Assembly (NCBI RefSeq): GCF_001194135.2
Contig: NC_069000.1
Location: forward strand, 42,814,328 to 42,878,327
Length of the DNA: 64,000 bases
From: Octopus bimaculoides
Taxonomy: Eukaryota
Direction of reading: 5' to 3'
In this document: positions 53,545-64,000 of the stretch, piece by piece
Layout: each line of letters opens with the position of its first letter
Position numbering within the stretch: position 1 is the stretch's first letter
Notes under the pieces: model-generated
Seen by the model: the letters and a program-made list of their open reading frames with translations, nothing else
Told to the model about the DNA's origin: nothing
The model's database searches: none
Position numbers and translations under genes: made by a program

Positions 53545-54501
53545 TGTATATATATGTGAGAATATATGATGTAGTCTCTGCAGCTAATTGAATGTAGATA
53601 CGTGCCAATGAACATAATTACACACCCAGTTGTACAGTCATTAAAGCCACTTAACATGCCAAGATATTTTCTAAAAGAGAATATAATTATGATAAATAGA
53701 ATGGACGAACAAAGCAAAACAGAGGCACCGTTTCTTCATAATTAAATACCAGCTTCAAGAAGAAGAATTGAAGAGCGCAAGTGATGAATGCAACACACAC
53801 ACACACACGCTCCATCACTCAGGTCCTTCAATCACACATGTGGCTGTGTCTGTCTGTGTGTGTCTCTCTCTGTAGATGTAGGTGTCTGTATGAGATCTTA
53901 GTTTGCTCGTTATGACAGACGAAACCAGGAGTGTTTTAATGGAGAACTTTATATGTTTGAACTGCGGTGGTAATGAATATTTATTTAATATTCTCTTTGC
54001 AGGTTTTCAAATATGTCTGTCTCTGAAAGATAAGCTTTGACGAACCCTTACAAAGAAATGTTATCTGTAAATTTGTAATCACAATGTGAAATGCATATAA
54101 ACAAACAGGTGTGTGTGTGTGTATACACATATGTGTGCTCTGGTGTGTGCGTGTGTTTGTGTGTGTGTGCATGTTTGGTAGAAAAGAAAGAGATTAGTAT
54201 GTATATATACATAGACACATAGATACATACATACATATATACATATGCGTGTATGTGTATATATATATATATATATATAAAAACAAATAGTAAATGAGTA
54301 TATGCATATATACGTACAGGTATGTGCATACCGACATCCACCTGTATGTATAGGTGCATATCTGGGTACAGGACATTGCAAACAAACGTATATATATATA
54401 CAAAGCGAAATAGACAGAGAGATTGACAGGTAATAGATAGATACATTCATAAACAGAAAGACAGACAGATAGATAGATAGATAGATAGATACATACATAC
54501 A

Positions 54502-54533
<32 letters not shown>

Positions 54534-54597
54534 AAGTCTATATCTCTTTCCCGATATATCTGTATATATATGCATATACATAGATTATAACGTTTTC

Positions 54598-54599
<2 letters not shown>

Positions 54600-54654
<55 letters not shown>
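54600..54654. repeat. Perfect (AAT)n microsatellite
   Basis: About 18 uninterrupted units, directly adjacent to a SINE A tail fragment. Confidence 0.97.
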
Positions 54655-54658
<4 letters not shown>

Positions 54659-55149
54659 TGTACTATAGGCACAAGGCCTGAAACCGTGGCGGAGGGGATG
54701 TGTCGATTATATCGCCCCCAGTGAGCTTAGAATGTAAATTTGGACAAAATGGAGCTTAACTTCACTATCACTACGACGCTACTCCTCCTTCTGCGCATTA
54801 AACNNNNNNNNNNNNNNNNNNNNNNNNNNNNNNNNNNNNNNNNNNNNNNNNNNNNNNNNNNNNNNNNNNNNNNNNNNNNNNNNNNNNNNNNNNNNNNNNN
54901 NNNNNNNNNNNNNNNNNNNNNNNNNNNNNNNNNNNNNNNNNNNNNNNNNNNNNNNNNNNNNNNNNNNNNNNNNNNNNNNNNNNNNNNNNNNNNNNNNNNN
55001 NNNNNNNNNNNNNNNNNNNNNNNNNNNNNNNNNNNNNNNNNNNNNNNNNNNNNNNNNNNNNNNNNNNNNNNNNNNNNNNNNNNNNNNNNNNNNNNNNNNN
55101 NNNNNNNNNNNNNNNNNNNNNNNNNNNNNNNNNNNNNNNNNNNNNNNNN

Positions 55150-55193
<44 letters not shown>

Positions 55194-55206
55194 TGTGTGT
55201 GTGTAT

Positions 55207-55237
<31 letters not shown>

Positions 55238-55712
55238 CGTGTGTGTGTGTGTGTGTGTGTTTGTGCGTGTGTTTGTGTGTGTGCGTAGCACAGAAAGATA
55301 TAGGTGGAAGATGGTGCTAGAATGCCTGAGAGATGAAGAAAGAGAATGATAGTCGTGGATGGTGAAATTCAAAATTAATAAATATATAGGTAGAAATATA
55401 TTATAAATATAATATTTATAAACAAATACAGCTGCTATAACTACAGCGAGACAAAGCAGCAATGATATTAATATTAAAATTAAAAAAAACTCTAAGAATA
55501 ATAATGAAAATGATGATGATGATAACAACAATGATGATGATATTGATGATGATGATGATGATAATAATAATAATAATAATGATATATTTATGACAATATT
55601 TGAGAGTAGATTAACGAAGCAATATTGACAGGAGATTAAATGCATAAAACATGAGGACGAAGGTATTTGAGTATATGTTGCGGAGTATTATGTGTATATA
55701 TGTGTATATATA

Positions 55713-55766
<54 letters not shown>

Positions 55767-56222
55767 NNNNNNNNNNNNNNNNNNNNNNNNNNNNNNNNNN
55801 NNNNNNNNNNNNNNNNNNNNNNNNNNNNNNNNNNNNNNNNNNNNNNNNNNNNNNNNNNNNNNNNNNNNNNNNNNNNNNNNNNNNNNNNNNNNNNNNNNNN
55901 NNNNNNNNNNNNNNNNNNNNNNNNNNNNNNNNNNNNNNNNNNNNNNNNNNNNNNNNNNNNNNNNNNNNNNNNNNNNNNNNNNNNNNNNNNNNNNNNNNNN
56001 NNNNNNNNNNNNNNNNNNNNNNNNNNNNNNNNNNNNNNNNNNNNNNNNNNNNNNNNNNNNNNNNNNNNNNNNNNNNNNNNNNNNNNNNNNNNNNNNNNNN
56101 NNNNNNNNNNNNNNNNTATATATATATATATACACTTATATATGTGTGTGTGTATAAATACATATATATGTATGTGTATACATTTATATGTATATATGTA
56201 TGAATATATACACGCGCAAGCT

Positions 56223-56259
<37 letters not shown>

Positions 56260-56983
56260 ACACACATATTGACAGTTCTTAATAATTTACTGTTACCAAT
56301 GTGCTCTTCTCGATAAGAATGATAGTGAATATCCCAATATTGAGCAACCATTCCTCTCATGTTCAAGATGGTACCAACGATGGCCGTTATATTCACGATC
56401 CCGATGACGACGGTGATGGTGACGAAGAGAATTATTCTCATGTTAGTTATGTCATAATTACGCAATAACTGCTAACATCGTGTATCTTAGTAAATCATAT
56501 TTACCGTTGCTCTGGCCATAATTCTAGTTTGTGAACACCCCTCCCTTTATCTTAATCCATATGATTACATTATATAATCAGTTTTCTCACTACCCAACAG
56601 ATGCTGCTAATGTCAACGATATTGATGATGTACTCTTGCCTTTATTGATGCTGATGGTGGTTCGCTTCTTGGTTGTGATGTTAGTGGTGATTGTGGTGTT
56701 ATTTAAACTCTTCTTATACGTCTATGAAATTCTATCGTTGCGTAATTAAAAATTGCTGAATGTAGAATAATAAATTATGGAAAGGAAAATGAACAATCTA
56801 TATTCTGCTATTATGACATCTGCATAAATTATAATCTAAATATTAATATGCATAAATATATTTGCATCTGTGTGCGGCGGTTTGTATTCATTACACATAT
56901 ACATACATATACATGCATATATACATTTATACATACATACATATACATATACGTATATATAAATCTCTCTCACTGTCTGTCTG

Positions 56984-57017
<34 letters not shown>

Positions 57018-57084
57018 AATGTGTATACATGTGAGTTTATAAAAGCATATGTATATGTATACATGCATATATACATATATATAC

Positions 57085-57143
<59 letters not shown>

Positions 57144-57337
57144 NNNNNNNNNNNNNNNNNNNNNNNNNNNNNNNNNNNNNNNNNNNNNNNNNNNNNNNNN
57201 NNNNNNNNNNNNNNNNNNNNNNNNNNNNNNNNNNNNNNNNNNNNNNNNNNNNNNNNNNNNNNNNNNNNNNNNNNNNNNNNNNNNNNNNNNNNNNNNNNNN
57301 NNNNNNNNNNNNNNNNNNNNNNNNNNNNNNNNNNNNN

Positions 57338-57390
<53 letters not shown>

Positions 57391-58126
57391 CATCTATATT
57401 TTGATATATAGCTATATGTATATGTGTGCAAATTTGCTTATATAAAACCATTTGGTTATCTATATATACGTGTGTGTGTGTGTTGTGTGTGTGTGTATAT
57501 TTAACATCCCATGAACAGCATATCCTATATGTGTTTGTGCAAGTGTACGCGGCGTGTTTTCAATGTCGTTCTTTCTGTTGCATGCGGGTATATTTCATTT
57601 GAGTGCAGTATCAGGTACTCGTGCATGTCTACATAGCTATTTCATACACATATGCACACATGCGAAGTTGCATATATATGTGTGTGCGTGTGTGTGTGTG
57701 TTTGTATGTGTGAGTGTGCCCGTTTGTGTGTGTGCTCTTGAAATCATATTTCGCGTTTTCAGATAAAAACAATGAAGCTATGTAGCATCATAGAGAACCA
57801 ATGCTAGATTAAATTTCCGTTTGTGAATTCATAAAAAATTCATAAATTTATTTTTTTCCGCTTTGTTCTCGATACCAATGCTTTTCAAAAATCAATAGTA
57901 TTGATGCGTTTACAATAAGATTGAATACTTGCACCGGATTCCAAATGGAAGGAACAGATATTTTAAGAACTCTTCTATGTCGATCCAGGAATTCCTTCTC
58001 TTCCTTCTTGGATTTATCGACCCTGAAATCATTAACGGTAACATTTGAATTCAGGGCTTAAAATGTCCAATCAAATAGCTTTACTTATTACTTATTCTGA
58101 GTCTGTAAGTGTACTGCCATTCTTGT

Positions 58127-58188
<62 letters not shown>

Positions 58189-58400
58189 CTCTCTCTCTCT
58201 CTTATATNNNNNNNNNNNNNNNNNNNNNNNNNNNNNNNNNNNNNNNNNNNNNNNNNNNNNNNNNNNNNNNNNNNNNNNNNNNNNNNNNNNNNNNNNNNNN
58301 NNNNNNNNNNNNNNNNNNNNNNNNNNNNNNNNNNNNNNNNNNNNNNNNNNNNNNNNNNNNNNNNNNTGTGTGTGTGTGTGTGTGTGTATGTGTGTGTGTG

Positions 58401-58606
58401 TGTATTTGTCCCACAACATCGATTGACAACCGATGCTGGTGTGGTTACGTCCCCGTAACCTAGCGGTTCGCGAAAAGAGACCGATATAATAAGTACTAGG
58501 CTTACCAAGAATAAGTCCTGTGGTCGATTTGCTCGACTAAAGGTGGTGCTCCAGCATGGCCGCAATCAAATGTCTGAACCAAGTAAAAGAGTAAAGAGTA
58601 AAGAGC
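58401..58606 (+). mobile_element. SINE family B 3' half
   Basis: GACAACCGATGCTGGTGTG..ACGTCCCCGTAAC..GCTCCAGCATGGCCGC..(GTAAAGA)n tail. Other 3' halves: 5650-5790, 10975-11056, 19142-19258, 23405-23560, 42420-42500. Confidence 0.9.
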
Positions 58607-59010
58607 ATGTGTGCCTGTGTGTGTATTTATGTGTGTGTGTCTGTGTGAGCGTGTGTATGTGTGTGAAATGGCTTTCAAACGGAAGTATAGCACTTCATCG
58701 GCTGAAAGATTAGAGACTCTATTATAACGAACATTCCCAGCTTGATAAATGGCGAAATAAATTAATATTTCTGCCTGGACGCACCTATAAATAAATACAT
58801 ACATCATGTAAGACGTTATAGAAATATTTTTGATTGTGCCATTAGACTTTTAATGACATTACACATATTATAAAGCAGCTGCTAAAAGAGGTCATTGAAA
58901 TATCAGCCCTACTTTGTGGTATGATGTTGATGACCGATTCAGCATCATGAAAACTTCGTAAAATTTACTTCTCATGGTAAAACATGAGGTAAAAATGGTC
59001 GTGTTGAATA

Positions 59011-59360
59011 TACCATAACTCCTCGAGTATAATCCGCACTTTTTTCCCAAAATTTAAAGGTCAAAATATCTCGTGCGTACTATATACGAGGTTAAAAAGA
59101 AAAAATATTTTCTAAGCAAAATTTTCTAAGCGATAAATATGTAAAGGCAATTTACTTAATATTTATTTTTCACTGACGTTATTGCTGTTACTTTTTTATT
59201 TTCTGCAAACAAAGTGCACATAAAATCTACACGTTTGCTTTATGTTATATATACAATAATAATAAAGGACGTTACCGTATATACGTTTAGAAACCAAGGA
59301 CGTTATATAGACCTCCTGGACTCAAGTTAGAGAAGGGGTGCTTATTATACACAGGGTTTT
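59011..59360 (+). mobile_element. pogo/Tigger-like DNA transposon left end (non-coding)
   Basis: TA|CCATAACTCCTCGAGTATAATCCGCAC terminus with internal inverted half-sites GTGCGTACTATATACGAGG (~59074) and GTGCTTATTATACACAGGG (~59338). The right terminus was not found. Confidence 0.5.
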
Positions 59361-60245
59361 GGTTTTGGATCTTTCTGATTTGTTGCATGGGGACAGAACT
59401 CTAAAATCCTTCATGCTTTCATCCATCATTGAACCTAAGATAAAAATATTTTGCTTTTAAAATAAAAAAGAAAGTTATTTAGATCTAAAGTTGATTGGTG
59501 GCGTTACTTACTCTCCTATAACGTTGCTACAAATTTTGATGAACACTTTTTTCTACTGGATCAAATCTCAATTTCTTCTACCAAAATGTAGGTAAGGACC
59601 AGTCCTCTTCAAAAATGTTAACAGTTTTTTAATTTGGATAAGAACTGAATTAGCGACAATCTCTGAAAGGTGCTGCGTGTGAGTAAATTGCGGTCTTAAG
59701 AGTATTATTCAACTACTACCATAGTTGAATGATATATGTATATGTATATATCTTTATGTATGTATGTATGTATGTATGGATGGATGGATGGATGAATATA
59801 TGTATATATGTATTTATATATGCATGTACGAACGACGGTCTTCCCCACAGCTGCCGACAGTCCAATTCAGTCGAAAGACTTTAGCCACACAGGCACCACA
59901 ACGGAAAGCCCAACGGTTTTACATATATTTTCGTTGAAGATGCTACAGCTGCGCAACCAGATGACCTGAGATGCCACCTGCAGTTGCAAAAATATCCATA
60001 AATTATAAATTCATTCATTAATGAAGTTATTTTTCTTTCGTTTCTTGTCTCATATATCGATAGGAACTTTAGACGTTTTGAGGATCTGAGGAAGAATAAT
60101 TAATGCCTAATGGCAAATTTATCATATTGCAGGTGTTCTCGCAGGAATATTCAACGTCAGTAGCGCCATAATAGATATATTCTATATATGATATACAACA
60201 TATATAAATACACACACATATGCACGTGTGCGACTCTCTCTCTCT

Positions 60246-60410
60246 AGGTGTGACTCTGTAGTAAGAAGCCTGCTTCCCAACCACATGGTCCCGGATTGAG
60301 TCCCACTGTGTGGCAACTTGGGCAAGTTTCTTCTACCATAGTCTCAGACCGAACAAAGCCTAGTGAGTGGATTTGGTAGACGGAAGCTGAAAAAATCGTC
60401 ATGTATATAT
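60246..60410 (+). mobile_element. SINE family B 5' half running into a TA/TG microsatellite and a gap
   Basis: CCAACCACATGGTCCCGG..CTTGGGCAAGTTTCTTCTAC..GTGAGTGGATTTGGTAGACGGAA. Other 5' halves: 26190-26345 (-) and 34975-35080 (+). Confidence 0.85.
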
Positions 60411-60809
60411 GTGTATACATATATATACGTGTATACATATATATATGTGTATACATACATACATATATATANNNNNNNNNNNNNNNNNNNNNNNNNNNNN
60501 NNNNNNNNNNNNNNNNNNNNNNNNNNNNNNNNNNNNNNNNNNNNNNNNNNNNNNNNNNNNNNNNNNNNNNNNNNNNNNNNNNNNNNNNNNNNNNNNNNNN
60601 NNNNNNNNNNNNNNNNNNNNNNNNNNNNNNNNNNNNNNNNNNNNNNNNNNNNNNNNNNNNNNNNNNNNNNNNNNNNNNNNNNNNNNNNNNNNNNNNNNNN
60701 NNNNNNNNNNNNNNNNNNNNNNNNNNNNNNNNNNNNNNNNNNNNNNNNNNNNNNNNNNNNNNNNNNNNNNNNNNNNNNNNNNNNNNNNNNNNNNNNNNNN
60801 NNNNNNNNN

Positions 60810-60880
<71 letters not shown>

Positions 60881-61309
60881 TATGTAATATAGATATAGAT
60901 ATACATTTACACACGCACACACACATATATATATGTTTTTATGTATTTATGTTTGCATGTATGTTTCTGCGTGTGTATCTATCTATCTATCTATTTACTT
61001 GTGTATCTATCCATCTCTTTGGAGATCACTGACCGCCTGAATCGAATAACTCACCGGAACACTATGGTAGCATATCTACTCGACATGACGTATTAATAAA
61101 AGGGTTACAAATATTAATTGTGCCGTTCCACAGGTCGGGGTTGTTTGATGTTCAAATATACAATACGATTGTCACAATGGAGACGTATCCTATTATACTC
61201 CTATACCTGCAGAACAGTTATTAGCAATGACAGAAATAGATTTCCAAAATGAAAAGCATGGATACAAATAAATATTCTACATAAGACGTAACAGAAGAAT
61301 GCTGTCTGT

Positions 61310-61759
61310 TCAAAGAAGTAACTCCCTTCTCGCTGCTCTGCCGTTGTAACCAAGTTTGTGGAGATATCTGACGGTTGTTCTGGGATTGACATCAACTGGT
61401 TCTGCTACGTCAGAGGCCTTTTTATTAATTATTGGCCCTGACTGATCTGGATGAGGTGAGGTGGACTCCGTCCCCTCACTGGTGAAATGCAGAATCTCTC
61501 TATTAATTGTAGAAAGCGGGACACCAAGGTTTTCCCTGATTTCACGTTGACTATGTCCACCTTCAGAATCACCCACAATATGATCTCTTTGAAATCCAGA
61601 GAGTTCTAAAGCTTCATTTGTACATGACATGATTAAACAGCCACATATAGAACCTGGAACATAAAAATGTCAATTAGTAGAAAAAAATATGAACCGTTAC
61701 ATATTAAAATAAACATAAAACGATGTTTTATGGGGTGTCTATTTACTCTTCCAGCAGTT
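61310..61759 (-). mobile_element. Tc1 transposon 5' remnant (terminal inverted repeat plus paired-like HTH)
   Basis: ORF ELSGFQRDHIVG...SQREIRENLGVPLSTINR...RTTVRYLHKLGYNGRAARR is a Tc1 N-terminus. A TIR-like ACTGCTGGAAGAGTAAATAGACACCCC (61732-61758) lies next to a TA at 61760-61761. No DDE domain is present. Confidence 0.88.
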
Positions 61760-62800
61760 TATTGGATAGATATTATCTCTTAGTGGGTTGGATTCACAAC
61801 CCCTACCTTTCTTGGATATATATATATATATATATATATATANNNNNNNNNNNNNNNNNNNNNNNNNNNNNNNNNNNNNNNNNNNNNNNNNNNNNNNNNN
61901 NNNNNNNNNNNNNNNNNNNNNNNNNNNNNNNNNNNNNNNNNNNNNNNNNNNNNNNNNNNNNNNNNNNNNNNNNNNNNNNNNNNNNNNNNNNNNNNNNNNN
62001 NNNNNNNNNNNNNNNNNNNNNNNNNNNNNNNNNNNNNNNNNNNNNNNNNNNNNNNNNNNNNNNNNNNNNNNNNNNNNNNNNNNNNNNNNNNNNNNNNNNN
62101 NNNNNNNNNNNNNNNNNNNNNNNNNNNNNNNNNNNNNNNNNNNNNNNNNNNNNNNNNNNNNNNNNNNNNNNNNNNNNNNNNNNNNNNNNNNNNNNNNNNN
62201 NNNNNNNNNNNNNNNNNNNNNNNNNNNNNNNNNNNNNNNNNNNNNNNNNNNNNNNNNNNNNNNNNNNNNNNNNNNNNNNNNNNNNNNNNNNNNNNNNNNN
62301 NNNNNNNNNNNNNNNNNNNNNNNNNNNNNNNNNNNNNNNNNNNNNNNNNNNNNNNNNNNNNNNNNNNNNNNNNNNNNNNNNNNNNNNNNNNNNNNNNNNN
62401 NNNNNNNNNNNNNNNNNNNNNNNNNNNNNNNNNNNNNNNNNNNNNNNNNNNNNNNNNNNNNNNNNNNNNNNNNNNNNNNNNNNNNNNNNNNNNNNNNNNN
62501 NNNNNNNNNNNNNNNNNNNNNNNNNNNNNNNNNNNNNNNNNNNNNNNNNNNNNNNNNNNNNNNNNNNNNNNNNNNNNNNNNNNNNNNNNNNNNNNNNNNN
62601 NNNNNNNNNNNNNNNNNNNNNNNNNNNNNNNNNNNNNNNNNNNNNNNNNNNNNNNNNNNNNNNNNNNNNNNNNNNNNNNNNNNNNNNNNNNNNNNNNNNN
62701 NNNNNNNNNNNNNNNNNNNNNNNNNNNNNNNNNNNNNNNNNNNNNNNNNNNNNNNNNNNNNNNNNNNNNNNNNNNNNNNNNNNNNNNNNNNNNNNNNNNN

Positions 62801-62897
<97 letters not shown>

Positions 62898-62898
62898 A

Positions 62899-62934
<36 letters not shown>

Positions 62935-63642
62935 AGATTCGTTTTATCATATTCGCATGTTTGGGCTACAATAGTCGCCCACATCCGAGACAGAGGAACA
63001 TCATACGAAATAACTCGATATCATAGCAAGTGCAAAACAGCATATGGACGAAATAAAATATGGATAAAGCTTCGATAATGGTTTTCAATAATTCTCTGTG
63101 AAAAGGAACATCAATGCACGAGTGATTCGCTGAACGTGTGAAATGATAGCGTGCATTAGATTCTCTGGAGACCAGTCGCCCAAAATGGCGTCTACAATGA
63201 ACCAAAACGCAAACGATAGAGAAATGCTTCAGCAGAAAACAATATGGAGTTGCTTTGTATAGTTGTTTAAAATTAGGTTTTTGGTCGGTGAAATTGATTA
63301 TACGTTTGTTGCCTACAGTGGTGATGGGGTGGGGTGTAGTTGGGGGTTAGGTGTAGGGTAAGGTGATGGGTGTTTCAGGGTGCGATATGCAGTTGGAACA
63401 TCAGTGCATTTATCTGTTTTTGGTTCGGATTGAATGTGTAATGCCTTTCGAAATGAGAAACGAAGTTTGTAACAAAGTCTGTACTCGAAGTAGGGAAAGG
63501 AAAGAGAATGAATAAAAAAAAAGAAGGGAGAGAAGAAGTGGAGAGTTGGGATGGGTGACGGAAAGAAAAAGACAAAAAAAAACTGGTAAATAAAAGAAAA
63601 GAAAGGTCGAAAATGAAAAAAGTCGAAAAAATTGAAATCAAA

Positions 63643-63803
63643 AGATGATGATGATGATGATAATGATAAGAGGAGGAGGAAAAAGAAGAAGAAGAAGAAG
63701 AAGAAGAAGAAGAAGAAGAAGAAGAAGAAGAAGAAGAAGAAGAAGAAGAAGAAGAAGAAGAAGAAGAAGAAGAAAGGATAACGGTAATGAATATGATGAT
63801 GTC

Positions 63804-63842
<39 letters not shown>

Positions 63843-64000
63843 AACGATTACGACGACGACGATGAGGAGGAAGTGGAGGAGGGTGACGATGACCTTGATG
63901 ATGACGGTGATGATGACGATGACAAGGATGATGATGATGATGATAATGATAAGAGAAGGGGGAAGAAGAAGAAGAAGAAGAAGAAGAAGAAGAAGAAGAA
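63643..64000. repeat. (GAT)n / (GAA)n compound tract to the window end
   Basis: (GAA)n about 63682-63773, degenerate (GAT)n about 63800-63950, (GAA)n 63962-64000. Confidence 0.97.

Noticed and set aside
53901-54040. Possible extra exons after 52301 (FARYDRRNQECFNGELYMFELRW*; strong acceptor at about 54002)
   Set aside because: All frames after the acceptor stop within 13 codons, the two pieces are too close for an intron, and the upstream exon already has an in-frame stop.
59483-59591. Candidate exon ending at TAG|GTAAGG
   Set aside because: One open frame but a purine-rich acceptor, no partner exon and no recognisable peptide.
63326-63358. Potential G-quadruplex (four G runs)
   Set aside because: Pattern only, with loops of 1, 7 and 9 nt and no functional context; expected by chance in repeat-rich DNA.
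63643-64000. Acidic or Lys/Glu-rich reading frame at the window end
   Set aside because: Pure (GAA)n and (GAT)n microsatellite.

Overview
AT-rich eukaryotic DNA with dense microsatellites and 18 N-gaps (about 5.5 kb of N). The repeat families and the gap pattern point to a short-read octopus/cephalopod assembly; this is an inference from recognised repeats, not a database hit. Almost all ORFs in the supplied track are microsatellite or N artefacts. Most of the window is intronic or intergenic. It holds dozens of tRNA-derived SINEs from at least five families and decayed coding remnants of Penelope (GIY-YIG), R4/Dong-type (RLE), L1/Tx1, Tc1 and mariner-like transposons, plus two MITE-like hairpins. 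Three things stand out. (1) Minimal hammerhead-ribozyme motifs occur in two families; one sits in a tRNA-promoter-headed short retroposon with an inverted tail and a 13-bp target duplication (33015-33356). (2) Two phase-compatible + strand exons missed by the ORF track (51680-51800, 52145-52301) encode an unrecognised 6-Cys C-terminal domain; weaker micro-exon candidates lie upstream. (3) Elements are stacked at (TAA)n microsatellites (20217-21560). No intact tRNA, rRNA, CRISPR array or complete gene can be supported. Repeat boundaries were read by eye and are approximate.
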